Below, piece by piece: positions 19,445 to 29,429 of a stretch of 64,000 nt of DNA. The number at the start of each line of letters is the position of its first letter. The stretch's first letter is position 1. The notes beneath the pieces were generated by a model that was given only the letters and a program-made list of their open reading frames with translations, was not told the origin of the DNA and searched no databases. Location of the stretch: the NCBI GenBank assembly GCA_036274495.1, contig DASUFP010000076.1:8367-72366 (forward strand). Direction: 5' to 3'. Origin of the DNA: Bacteroidia bacterium (GTDB lineage: Bacteria > Bacteroidota > Bacteroidia > AKYH767-A > OLB10). Position numbers and translations under genes: made by a program.

Positions 19445-19488
19445 CGCCGAAGTTTTGCTATCGCAAAACTTCGGCGATTTTCTTTTTT
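19445..19488 (+). terminator. Perfect 14-bp inverted repeat followed by a T-rich tract at the island/core junction. Terminator-like, or possibly a recombination site.
   Basis: CGCCGAAGTTTTGC-tatc-GCAAAACTTCGGCG followed by attttctttttt. Confidence 0.4.
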
Positions 19489-19690
19489 AAATACACTTTT
19501 AAATCGGAGCTTCAGCAATGCGCAGGAGTGCTTTTCCTCCATTACTCATTCAGGCTAATTCTGGTTAATGCATTCAGAATATCAGCAATTCTGAAGCGTA
19601 AAATGGTGGTTAACCTGGGCTGGGAAAAAGTGATCATTCTGCCACAGAAAACGGTGGTCAATTTAGGCGGATTTTGCAGTATCCCGCACA

Positions 19691-21343
19691 TTACTCAACC
19701 AAAAGTTTCGCCACATGACGGGAAGTTTTATTTTGTACCGATATAAAATAAACTCCCGGCGAAAGTGATGGTAAAGAAAGTTGTATTTCGGAGGTTAGGT
19801 CCGTTACCGAGCTTTCAAATACGGTGCGGCCTAACAGGTCGGTTATGAGGCAACTGCCCTTTGAGAAAACGGCATTTTGCAAAGTAAGCGTTACCGTATT
19901 GCCCGTTACCGGATTGGGATAGAGCAGGAGGTTTGTTTGAGGTATTTCCTCCAATCCTACATTGGTGCAAAGCGTCATCACATTAAGCCCCGAGTGTACC
20001 GTAAGTGCCGGGGTGTATACCGTACCAATGGTGCTGTCGATGATGCCGCTATAGGTGGTGTACTGAACAATGGGCAGGGAATCCACTGTGACGGTGTGAA
20101 ATTTCTCATTACAGCCTGCATAACCAAGTGAGTCGGCTTTTAGGAGGTACATATCATACGAAGAACCATAACTGCTGGTAAAGCCAGCAGCTACTATCCC
20201 GCCATCATCCGTGAGGTCCATGGAACGGGCTTGCTCGGTGAGTGTATCCGAATAAAAGCGTGTCCACAGGGTATCACCGTTGGCCGCGAACTTCACCATC
20301 ATAACATCACCTGGGTCGGCAAATGTACCTTGCGAAATATATCCTGCCGTTATATAGGAACCGTCAGGGGTTTCTTTGCATTTGAGGCAAACACCAGTAT
20401 TCCATGTTTCCAGACTGCGGTTCCATACAACCTGGCCATTGCTGTCTAATTTCATAATAAAATAATTTTCACCTCCCGGTGATACATCGCTTGAGCCACA
20501 AGCAAGGAAACCATAATCAGAGGTCTTTTCAATGTGATAAATATTTTTGGGTGCTTCATTTCCTGACATAACGCCATACGACCAGATTGACAAGAGGTTT
20601 CCAGCACTGTCAGTTTTTGAAAGATGTGACAATGCTGGAGTACAAAGATTATTGGTGCTGCCACTGGAAAGTAGGAGATCATGATTCTGCTCTTCAAGAA
20701 TACTGTAAACAGGATTTGGCTGTGGAATACTGCACCGGTAAGTCCGTGTCCATAGGTGATTGCCGGCTGAATCGAATTTGGCCAGCATCGGCTCCGAGCT
20801 ATTAGGGTTTCCACCAGGTATGCCTTGTGTGGAGCCGGCCACTAAAAAACCTCCGTCATTTGTGATGATAACATCTTCGGCAATATCAGCCTGTACCGTC
20901 CCAATTGCTTTACTCCAAATCAGGTTGCCTAATGAATCCAGCCGCAGCACCCAGAAGTCGCCAAAGTCACCTGCCAAAAGCCCACAAGCAATATAACCCC
21001 GGTCAATAGTTTGCTTGATTGAAAAAAGGTAATTTGTGGCCGGTCCAAATCCTCTGGTCCAAAGTGTGTCTCCCCATTCATCGGTCTTTACAATAAGACC
21101 TTTTAGTCCAGCAAATCCGGCCATTATTCCATCACCACACATCATATATCCACCGTCACTAGTTTTTATTATATCGTGGCATTCCTGACCCAATGCAGAA
21201 GTATATGTTTTTTGAAACATTGGCTGTGATTGTGAAAATGAATCAATGCTTGTCATGGTCACCAATGTGACAATGATTAAAATAAATGTTTCAGATTTAA
21301 TTACCTGTTTTCTTTTTGCAGAAACATTAGAGTATATGATCAT
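19691..21343 (-). CDS. Secreted beta-propeller-like repeat protein with a T9SS (Por) C-terminal sorting domain.
   Basis: N-terminal signal peptide. Repeated ...TSDGGY.. / ..DGGF..AG modules. C-terminus LYPNPVTGNTVTLTL...GVYFISVQNKTSRHVAKLLVE, which is a type A T9SS CTD. 550 aa. Confidence 0.7.
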   Translation of the reverse strand: MIIYSNVSAKRKQVIKSETFILIIVTLVTMTSIDSFSQSQPMFQKTYTSALGQECHDIIKTSDGGYMMCGDGIMAGFAGLKGLIVKTDEWGDTLWTRGFGPATNYLFSIKQTIDRGYIACGLLAGDFGDFWVLRLDSLGNLIWSKAIGTVQADIAEDVIITNDGGFLVAGSTQGIPGGNPNSSEPMLAKFDSAGNHLWTRTYRCSIPQPNPVYSILEEQNHDLLLSSGSTNNLCTPALSHLSKTDSAGNLLSIWSYGVMSGNEAPKNIYHIEKTSDYGFLACGSSDVSPGGENYFIMKLDSNGQVVWNRSLETWNTGVCLKCKETPDGSYITAGYISQGTFADPGDVMMVKFAANGDTLWTRFYSDTLTEQARSMDLTDDGGIVAAGFTSSYGSSYDMYLLKADSLGYAGCNEKFHTVTVDSLPIVQYTTYSGIIDSTIGTVYTPALTVHSGLNVMTLCTNVGLEEIPQTNLLLYPNPVTGNTVTLTLQNAVFSKGSCLITDLLGRTVFESSVTDLTSEIQLSLPSLSPGVYFISVQNKTSRHVAKLLVE

Positions 21344-21347
21344 CGCC

Positions 21348-24300
21348 TTACCTTGTTACAGATAACTTACCGAAATAAATAATATTACCTGAATTATTGC
21401 GAATAATATAATGGTACATGCCTTGATTGAGCGTTGAGACGTTCAGCTCAACCGTAGTCCCGGACATTTCTTGATTTATAACACTTTTCCCTAAAACATC
21501 CACTATTGAAATTGAACCTTCGACATGCTCAGTGCAGGTAAATAGCACTTGAAGAGATGCAGGGTTGGGTTGTATTGTAACCTGTGGTTTTGACTTTAAT
21601 GGTTGAGATGATATCACATACTGAGCATACCTTTGAGATGGTAGTCCGCAATTGGTATTGTCATCATATTGCACATTTCCGTTCCATAAACTTTCCATGG
21701 CCCTGGCCTGATAAACGGCATAGCCCTTAATGTAGGGACAAGAGCCCGCCACTGCTTCAATAGTGGTCATTTGAATAGTGTCCAGATCATAATCATCATA
21801 CACCAAGCTATTCAAATATACTGAATTTACCTTTTGAATTGCGGTTTCCAAAATGTTTGACGGCACCATGTTGCTGTTTAAAGTATTGGCCCCGGAAATA
21901 AACGATTCAAATGAAGCGCCAAAGTTTTCACTCAGATCCTCCGTTGCCTGCTTGAGCAGGTTTTCAATTGCAGCTATTTTACCCATGTTGGCGGTTGAGG
22001 CTGAATCAAAAAAGTCCTCAATTAGTGGATACTCAAGTAGAGCAGTATCCTTCAACAGATGTCTTAGCAAAGAAAGCTGTGAGGTATAAGTAAGGGCGTC
22101 TTCAGCAGTGGTATCGTTCATAAAAATCCGCTGCACAGTATTCACTGCATCATTCGCAGTGAAATAGGGATACAAGGTGTTGGTGATTGCATCACATTCG
22201 ATCACGATATCCTGCGGATCGGGGTTCTCACACATATACCGTCCCGCAACAGCCGGATCATCCAAATCAAACGGCACACCGCCTGCTCCGGCATAGTTGG
22301 ATATGATTCCATACGTTGGATCGCCCGCCTCATGCCAGAATATGATATTGGAGGCATCTATACCATCAAATGTATAGAGCTGACCAAGTACAAAACTACC
22401 GGTTCCTGAAAATTCATTCCCTATATTTTTATTTAGCAAATTATCAACTTGAGAATTTATCAAAGATGGGATAACTCCAAAGCCTAAATCATCACCAAGC
22501 TGAGCACCGGCACGCATATTTCCAAATACATCATGCCGGATGGCCACAGTATTGGCACTAAGGTACCGCATGCCCACTTCATTGCCAAGTGATGAATTGC
22601 AGTGAAAGCCGCTGCCGTTCACATATGCGGAATTGATTCCTACGGACTTGAACAACTGACTTGAACTGATATTTACATCATTCACCGTGTTACAGTTTAA
22701 GTTGATGGCGTAATTGTCCTGGCAGTTGATGGCGTTGCATGGGTAGGTTACACCTTGATCATGACCGAGATCAATATCGTTTGAATAGACATGAGCGTAA
22801 TATGCAGAACGGAGTAAAATACCATTCTCCCCTTTAGTATTGATGTCAAGGTTGTCATTTATCTTGACTGTTCCGGATTCACTGCTGCTACCGTTGATTT
22901 CAATTGCCGCATTTGGGTGATCAGCATCCGGTTTAGTTTCAATCAAATAATTGTCATAAATAGCAATGCTATCGCGGTGCGACCAGGCACGAATGCCGGT
23001 AAAAGAATTTTGAATGGTATTGTGATGAATATCGGCAACTTTAGCCCAGCCTGCAACATAATCGATTGCGGTTTGGATGGGATTAAACGTGTTATCGTGT
23101 ATTTCTGCATTTATATTGCGCACCAACACACCAGTAGTGATTTCAGAATGAGTGTCATTGAAAATATTGTCAGTGACAAGCACCTCGTTCTGAGGCCATA
23201 GGCGAAAGGCAAATGGTCTGGTGTTTTCGGCATGTATCCCCACCTCTAATCCCGTAAATGTATTGCCATCAATGATCAAATCTGAATTATTCGCATAAAT
23301 GCCATTGGTACCGATACTGAATACATTGCCGGCTCCAATATTAATGGTCTCTGCATCATCCACACAAATTCCGCAAAAGGTAGGTCCGCTTACCGGTGAC
23401 GGCATTGCAATGTTTCCGGTAAACGTGCTGCCGGTTATTGTGACATCTCCATCATCATCAAAGTCATTGAGCACAATGGCTTTTTCAAAGTCTGCAAAGG
23501 CAGCATCTGTGCACACCACCTTTGCATCCCTGGAAACCGTAAAACAACCAACGCAATCACTGATAACGCAATTATCGGAGGTACCCGGAATATTTTCTAG
23601 TCTAAGGTCGGTTGCGGTATTGCTGATATACACACCATCCCATAATCCAAGGCACCCGTGCATGTTACAGCCTCTGAAAATCAAGTCGGTCACTATCCCT
23701 GTGTTTAATATTCGGGCATTGGGACCAAAAATAATTTCACAATCCTGGAAAATTGACCGGTGAAAATCTTCATCGATGGTGAAATCTCCATTGATGTACA
23801 ATATTTCTCCGGTGATAGTACAAGTTGTAATGGGCGGCTGTGTTGTAGTAGTGTTACATGTCGGGGTTAAAAAGGAAATTAAATCATTAAGGTTACTTTC
23901 ACCGGTACTGGCATATTGGGAAGAAGTTCCATTGCAGCATCCGATCACTTCTACTGTAACCATAGCGGTAGAAGAACATGACCCGTCTGTTACGGTCAAG
24001 GTATATACATATGCTGCGGGCGATGATGGAAACGTTGTGTTACTTATAGTGATGCAACTTGTTGATTGCCCTGTTGACCATAGATAATTCAATCCGGTAC
24101 CGGATGAGCAATTTCCTAACTCTACCTGATCAGATGCTATAACATTCTCCGGACATACTTTCCGGTCCGGTCCTGCATCAGCTTTGCAGGAAGGCAGATT
24201 GAAATCAACTTTCGCCCAACAGCTTCGAGCTACATCATTATTCGAATAATATAGCTGTATAGTTTCGCTTTCTGCCAGTTCAAAATCGGGATTTTGAATA

Positions 24301-27300
24301 AATGGATCCGAAAAAGCATTGGAACTGTTGCCGGCTGTCCAAATAAAATAATCAACCGATCCGGATGTGGCATTGCCTTCCAGTGCTACAATTCCGGGTT
24401 GATAAAATCCGCCCGGGCCGGGTACAGGGCTAATTACATCAATTTGAACCATTGGTAAAGCAGGATACAATGTAATGGATTGCTGACATCCAATGGATCC
24501 ATCGGTTACATCAACCAACAAATTGAAACCAGAAGCGGGTCCCGGTCCGGTTACCGTGTATGTTAATTCAATAGTTGCTTCATCATCAGAAATGGGTGTT
24601 ACTGATTGTGCTACTGAACATGCACTGCATCCGGTAAGGCTGTAACTTACATTCAGATTGCCGGGATCAATTCCCTGTACAAGCAAAGTTGTGGATTCTC
24701 CCGGACATAGTGTTAAATCAGACAAGGTAACTGGACAATTACCGGACGGCTTTTGATAAGTGATTTTAGTAATAGAGTATGCCGGTACCGATATTAAGCT
24801 ATTGGTTATATTAACCTGAACATCATGGTAAATACGATCAAATGTGTTGGTTGGGAATGGAGATCCAAGTGCATTTCCAATAATGCCATACCCCAAAATT
24901 TCAGGAGTTGCAGCATAGTTGACTCCGTTCTGATACCATTGCTCCAGTGTATAGGCAGTGCCAGCAGGAACCAGATTTGTTACAGATAGGCCAGGATAAT
25001 TTACATTAGGGTTAGGAAAATCAAGTCTTACAAAAATAATTTCTACAGTTTGTGGGCCGTCAAAATACCAACCGTAAGTCCCGGGAATCAAGGTTGGATT
25101 AGTTGCTATTACCGGAACGCCGGAAAAACCTAATTGCTGATGAGAGGTGGTCCGTTTCAGCGTTTTTGCTATTGGTTGCAAAGCTACACCAAGAGCAGAG
25201 TGCTGGGTAATATTGGTTTGAGTGGAGGCGTTAGCAGGCGGTTCAAATCCTCCGAACTCTAGTCCTTCATCAGTATTAAAAATTGCCGCAAAGGCAGCAT
25301 CGCCAACAAGTGCATGAATATTTACCAGGGTTATATTTGGATCCTCAAGATAAGAAAGCAGCATGGATGATGTTAAAAGTGCATGTGCCCAGGTGCCGTG
25401 AACATGGTGATTATCGCCACTATCAAATAAATTCATTTCTGTTATCCATATTTCAGGTTTTGGTGTATGTTGTATATCATTGATTATTCCGATTTCTCCG
25501 TCTGGTTCAGACATTTCTTTGAAATGCTTAAAAGTGGAAGCAAACATTTTATTATAGACTGACGCGGGATTACCGGATGGAGAAGGCTGCTGAGGAAAAT
25601 CCACATTCCCCACTATTCCACTGCCAAAATAGTCATGCAGAATTACGGCATCTATATGGTGATTTGTAAGCTGCAGTTGAGGAGTAATATCCCTCAGCCA
25701 TTCATTACGCCTTCTGTAGGGTGGATCACCCGGCCGAATAGTCGCACCAACCACACCTATTTTAATTTGTGATCCAAATGTGCTTTCCAATTTGTCTGCC
25801 CAATCAATGGCGGAATTCATATAATCTACTCCTCCTGAATATTTATCAAGATATTCATCCACCTCCAGATAATACTCATTTCCCAGTTCTATAACCGTTG
25901 CGGGAAGGTTTTGAACCTGCGTTTCAGCTACAAATGCTGCCTGATATCCCGGATCCGAAGTTAGCAAATTAAGTGTTAGCTGACTGGAGGCTCCCAGACC
26001 TTTGGTGTACTGGCCGTACATTGCCACCGAATTGTCTTTTGTACCCAGGCTGTAGCTGTTATAAGCATTGGGCAGATGCCATGGGAATCCGCTCACCTGG
26101 GGAATGTCTTCCTCTTCAAAAAACCACCCTTGTTTATAATTCCACCAATTGGCTGTGGTACCACCGGGATATCTTAGGCGACCGGGGTGCAAACTTGCAC
26201 CATTCTGTATTTGTGATAGCAGGTTCGGAAATTCTAATCCTCCTTTATCGGTTATGATACTGCTTATATTGAAACCAAAGTAGTCATGGCTGTGATTGAT
26301 CACAGTACTTGAAACTGTAACAACCAATGGTCTGTATGCTACAATTATATTTCCATAGCCGGAACTGCCTGTATAACATCTGGCAAATCCTACGGCGACC
26401 TCTGCCTCTCCCATTTCCTCCCATTGTGATCCATTCCATCTGGATAGATATACGGTGCGATTGTGCTGATAGTCACACGTGGTACTATCATACTTAACTT
26501 TGACAGTGTCAGCCGAATTGCCACTCAATTGTTCCAATTGCCAATACTGACAATTACTGAGGGCATCTAAAGTAGCATCTTTGGTATTTCCGAATGGCTG
26601 CATTTCATCATAGTACTCTGCAAGATATTCTACAGTTGAAGAATTAGGTGATGAAATTCCAATAGCCCGCCAGTTTTCCCCCTTTCCCACCGGAAACTCA
26701 AAGGCCGTATCTCCCACCTTCTTCACCGGTCCGCTCACAAAGCTGCTGTTGCTGGCTCCGATAGCCTGAGAACCGGCAAGGAAGGTTAAGATGTTTGTTG
26801 CGGTTGAGATCAGATTACCCTGCACAAAGGTCACGCTGCCTCTTATGTCTATGGAGGTGTTCAGTGTTACATGCTCTGAGGGCTTGTTTAAGATCATTTT
26901 GTGGACGGTAGCGGTCGCATTTCCGTTAATTGCCTGCGGCAAGGTGCCGTCAAAAACCAGGGTGCCATTGTCGCTTCCAAAGAACACATTGGGTGAGCTG
27001 ACTGTTAGGTCACCTCTGATACTGTTGTCGCCCCAATAGGCAACTTCAAGTCTGGCACCTCCAATTGATTCAAACATAGCATCAGCATGATACGTATCAG
27101 CAGCCCGGGTTGCCAGTCTCCATCCGTAACTTCCTGAACATTTGAACGAGGCATCCTGGAAATAGGCATTATCGCCATCGCATTGGTTGAGTATTGAGCC
27201 CGTTTTGTTAAATTCTGTAGTTCCATTAAAGGTATTACCTCTTAGCAGGATGCCGGGTGCGGTCAGCTGTAAGGAACCGTCCCAAACTGTTTGCATCAGG

Positions 27301-28115
27301 TTTACCGTAGTATAACCGGTGATGCTTATGTTTTGAGGGGTATTGCCCTGCTGGTAAAACCCGGTCATGTTCAGGTACACGCAGTTAAATGTACCGGGGG
27401 TACTCAGAGTATATCCATTTGCTAATTCTGTACTTCCTCCTGCCGATCCAAAGGAGATTGTCTTGCCGCCATTGCTGTAAAGCGATACATCTCCGTTAAA
27501 TTTGTTGATCCCGGCTGCGGCGATGTCCAGGATAGCTACACCGTTGTTATGAAATTCGGTTGTGCTGTTATAGGTATCACCAAGCATTGCAGCAAGGGTA
27601 AAAACTCCTGCCCCTGTTACTTTATAGGTGAAAGTCCCGTCAAACGTATTGCCGCCGTTTCCTGTGCATGGGCTGCTGACTTCCATATATACCGGTGAGA
27701 TAAATCTGCTTCCGCTAAGGGACGCCGTGGTGCAGGTAGCGTATACACCGGCTCCTATCTGCGTTCCGGTAAATTCAGCAGTGCCATGAAGTATCAGCTG
27801 TCCGTTATCGACCTGTCCGGAGGCAAACAAACTGCCTCCATAAATCGTTAACGAATCACCGTTAAGGTCCAGTGTGCCGCCATTGATAACTATACGATGA
27901 ACACCTCGGTTGCCCGAGAGCTGAGGGTTGTTGGAGGCGCTGACAACGGTTACAGAGTCCGACTCGGCAGGTACCCCGTTGGGAGTCCAGTTGGTGGCCG
28001 TGGTCCACGAAGTATTTGTGGTGCCGGTCCAGGTATAATTGGCTGAGAAGGATGAGGTAGTTGTCAAAATGAAAAGTAAAAAATAAACAAGGCGGAAGGT
28101 GGCTGTTTTTTTCAT
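21348..28115 (-). CDS. Giant (2255 aa) T9SS-secreted protein with parallel beta-helix repeats and an internal clan GH-A (GH51/GH79-like) TIM-barrel glycoside hydrolase-like domain.
   Basis: Signal peptide. Pectate-lyase-like repeat runs (NTFNPIQTAIDY..., DNYLIE...). In the middle, LRYPGGTTANWWNYKQGW, ELGNEYY (candidate acid/base Glu) and IWITEMN (candidate nucleophile Glu). C-terminal T9SS CTD IQPNPAS...GMYHYIIRNNSGNIIYFGKLSVTR. The many antisense ORFs inside it are spurious. Confidence 0.75.
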   Translation of the reverse strand: MKKTATFRLVYFLLFILTTTSSFSANYTWTGTTNTSWTTATNWTPNGVPAESDSVTVVSASNNPQLSGNRGVHRIVINGGTLDLNGDSLTIYGGSLFASGQVDNGQLILHGTAEFTGTQIGAGVYATCTTASLSGSRFISPVYMEVSSPCTGNGGNTFDGTFTYKVTGAGVFTLAAMLGDTYNSTTEFHNNGVAILDIAAAGINKFNGDVSLYSNGGKTISFGSAGGSTELANGYTLSTPGTFNCVYLNMTGFYQQGNTPQNISITGYTTVNLMQTVWDGSLQLTAPGILLRGNTFNGTTEFNKTGSILNQCDGDNAYFQDASFKCSGSYGWRLATRAADTYHADAMFESIGGARLEVAYWGDNSIRGDLTVSSPNVFFGSDNGTLVFDGTLPQAINGNATATVHKMILNKPSEHVTLNTSIDIRGSVTFVQGNLISTATNILTFLAGSQAIGASNSSFVSGPVKKVGDTAFEFPVGKGENWRAIGISSPNSSTVEYLAEYYDEMQPFGNTKDATLDALSNCQYWQLEQLSGNSADTVKVKYDSTTCDYQHNRTVYLSRWNGSQWEEMGEAEVAVGFARCYTGSSGYGNIIVAYRPLVVTVSSTVINHSHDYFGFNISSIITDKGGLEFPNLLSQIQNGASLHPGRLRYPGGTTANWWNYKQGWFFEEEDIPQVSGFPWHLPNAYNSYSLGTKDNSVAMYGQYTKGLGASSQLTLNLLTSDPGYQAAFVAETQVQNLPATVIELGNEYYLEVDEYLDKYSGGVDYMNSAIDWADKLESTFGSQIKIGVVGATIRPGDPPYRRRNEWLRDITPQLQLTNHHIDAVILHDYFGSGIVGNVDFPQQPSPSGNPASVYNKMFASTFKHFKEMSEPDGEIGIINDIQHTPKPEIWITEMNLFDSGDNHHVHGTWAHALLTSSMLLSYLEDPNITLVNIHALVGDAAFAAIFNTDEGLEFGGFEPPANASTQTNITQHSALGVALQPIAKTLKRTTSHQQLGFSGVPVIATNPTLIPGTYGWYFDGPQTVEIIFVRLDFPNPNVNYPGLSVTNLVPAGTAYTLEQWYQNGVNYAATPEILGYGIIGNALGSPFPTNTFDRIYHDVQVNITNSLISVPAYSITKITYQKPSGNCPVTLSDLTLCPGESTTLLVQGIDPGNLNVSYSLTGCSACSVAQSVTPISDDEATIELTYTVTGPGPASGFNLLVDVTDGSIGCQQSITLYPALPMVQIDVISPVPGPGGFYQPGIVALEGNATSGSVDYFIWTAGNSSNAFSDPFIQNPDFELAESETIQLYYSNNDVARSCWAKVDFNLPSCKADAGPDRKVCPENVIASDQVELGNCSSGTGLNYLWSTGQSTSCITISNTTFPSSPAAYVYTLTVTDGSCSSTAMVTVEVIGCCNGTSSQYASTGESNLNDLISFLTPTCNTTTTQPPITTCTITGEILYINGDFTIDEDFHRSIFQDCEIIFGPNARILNTGIVTDLIFRGCNMHGCLGLWDGVYISNTATDLRLENIPGTSDNCVISDCVGCFTVSRDAKVVCTDAAFADFEKAIVLNDFDDDGDVTITGSTFTGNIAMPSPVSGPTFCGICVDDAETINIGAGNVFSIGTNGIYANNSDLIIDGNTFTGLEVGIHAENTRPFAFRLWPQNEVLVTDNIFNDTHSEITTGVLVRNINAEIHDNTFNPIQTAIDYVAGWAKVADIHHNTIQNSFTGIRAWSHRDSIAIYDNYLIETKPDADHPNAAIEINGSSSESGTVKINDNLDINTKGENGILLRSAYYAHVYSNDIDLGHDQGVTYPCNAINCQDNYAINLNCNTVNDVNISSSQLFKSVGINSAYVNGSGFHCNSSLGNEVGMRYLSANTVAIRHDVFGNMRAGAQLGDDLGFGVIPSLINSQVDNLLNKNIGNEFSGTGSFVLGQLYTFDGIDASNIIFWHEAGDPTYGIISNYAGAGGVPFDLDDPAVAGRYMCENPDPQDIVIECDAITNTLYPYFTANDAVNTVQRIFMNDTTAEDALTYTSQLSLLRHLLKDTALLEYPLIEDFFDSASTANMGKIAAIENLLKQATEDLSENFGASFESFISGANTLNSNMVPSNILETAIQKVNSVYLNSLVYDDYDLDTIQMTTIEAVAGSCPYIKGYAVYQARAMESLWNGNVQYDDNTNCGLPSQRYAQYVISSQPLKSKPQVTIQPNPASLQVLFTCTEHVEGSISIVDVLGKSVINQEMSGTTVELNVSTLNQGMYHYIIRNNSGNIIYFGKLSVTR

Positions 28116-28168
28116 GGCAGTATGATCTATGGTAAATAGTAAATGATTGAGATGAAGAAAAAAGAAGC

Positions 28169-28579
28169 TCAGTTGGCCAGAAACTGATAATATCCACTCC
28201 AGTTTCCAAAGTGATTTTTAATGCGCACGCGTGCGAAAAAGGCCGCTGGCGGAGTGAGTGTTCCTAAAGTCAGGTACACCTTGTCTCCCGTGCGATTCCA
28301 GTTCATTCCCGACGGCAATCCAGAAGAGTTGTCGTAAACAAAAGTCTGAGCCAGCAGATCCGTCATACCAGGTGCCGTGCCCAAACCTATTTCGAGCATG
28401 GCTACTGCATTGGTATCGGGTACCTGCACATAAAAAGTGCACGTTGACAACGAATCAAATGAGACGGTGGCATCAGTAGGTTTCTGAACGGTTTGGGCAG
28501 ATGTCTCTTTTACTGACAAAAGAATGATCACTGCAAGAACCCAGTAGAATCTGTTGCCGGTGTTTGGAAGGTTTTTCAT
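28169..28579 (-). CDS. Small secreted hypothetical protein (136 aa), probably co-transcribed with the giant gene.
   Basis: Signal peptide MKNLPNTGNRFYWVLAVIILLSVKETSAQ. Ends 54 bp before the start of the giant gene. Confidence 0.5.
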   Translation of the reverse strand: MKNLPNTGNRFYWVLAVIILLSVKETSAQTVQKPTDATVSFDSLSTCTFYVQVPDTNAVAMLEIGLGTAPGMTDLLAQTFVYDNSSGLPSGMNWNRTGDKVYLTLGTLTPPAAFFARVRIKNHFGNWSGYYQFLAN

Positions 28580-29429
28580 GTTATATTATTTTGATGAGAG
28601 CAAAGGCATTATGCAGATGTGATTCTTGCTTAAACAGTGCATTAATAAAATGCACTACATAGCAACCACCGCATCGCTATGATGGCTATTGGCACAAAAA
28701 TCGGAGCACTCAATGTGAAATCAGTAAGCCAACCTCATGAATCGCCGTTGGGGGTGTATGGTCGAAGTGGGTCACCGAAGAAAAATCCAGAATTTTCTGG
28801 ATTTATTTAGATCAAGATTAAACGATGTTTTTAATAAAGAAAAATAATTCAACCAAAAGTTATGAACAACATGTAATTACTTAGCCCGATGTCTGAAAAT
28901 ATGTGGATGGTGTTGGTTTGCTTCATTTAAGGTTTCCCGATTACTTGACGTGAAACGGACCTATTGGGATCGCGCGAAACTGACTTCATTTATTCATGGG
29001 AATGTGACCACGACTTTTATGGTTTGATTATTAAAGTAAAGATGTGCTGGTATTCGGAAATTGTTTAGCATTAGCCCGAATAACCCGAATCCCGAAAAAT
29101 ATTAGCCCGAATGAAAAAACAGTTAACCGTAATCAACTGTAAATTATTGTAAATCAATTAGATATTAGTCCCGTCCGGACCGCAAATTGATCAAAACGAT
29201 CAAAATGGTAAATGAAGCGAGCAAATAAAAAGGCTCGCTTTTTTATTTGATAGGAATTAATGACATCCTCGCCTCAGGCGAGGACGAGATCGGGGAAGTC
29301 TGAATAACATATTGGATAATTAGTCTGCACAAAGTCTCCAGATGGATATTATTTAACGAGAAAGAATAATTGCAAAATTCTTGAATAGAGCTCAAGAATG
29401 ATCAATTCGTCAATCTTCAAATTTTTATT

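Larger units (their letters stand above)
1..19490. mobile_element. Integrated mobile/defense island, left end outside the window. A serine recombinase marks the left side and a tyrosine integrase the right. Markedly AT-rich compared with the flanking DNA.
   Basis: Two recombinase genes; an abrupt rise in GC content at about 19.4-19.7 kb; cargo made up of nuclease, ATPase and methyltransferase genes; a repeat cluster and a perfect 14-bp inverted repeat right next to the integrase 5' end. Confidence 0.55.

Noticed and set aside
19417-19746. ORF 19417..19746(+) of 109 aa spanning the island/core junction
   Set aside because: It runs across the inverted-repeat hairpin and direct repeats. Its translation (repeated VVNLG) just mirrors the DNA repeats. 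It has no motif, so it is treated as non-coding regulatory or junction DNA.
21853-27226. Numerous plus-strand and minus-strand short ORFs inside the 2255-aa gene, for example 21853..22089, 23299..23763, 23776..24087 and 27005..27226
   Set aside because: They lie antisense to or out of frame with a continuous 6.8-kb reading frame that has a signal peptide, domain motifs and a T9SS CTD. They are typical shadow ORFs.
19424-29183. The two identical 14-mers as attL/attR of a 9.7-kb element carrying the T9SS genes
   Set aside because: The interval has core-like GC content. It has no integrase inside it; the integrase lies outside, on the AT-rich side. Several exact 14-mer matches are expected by chance in 64 kb.
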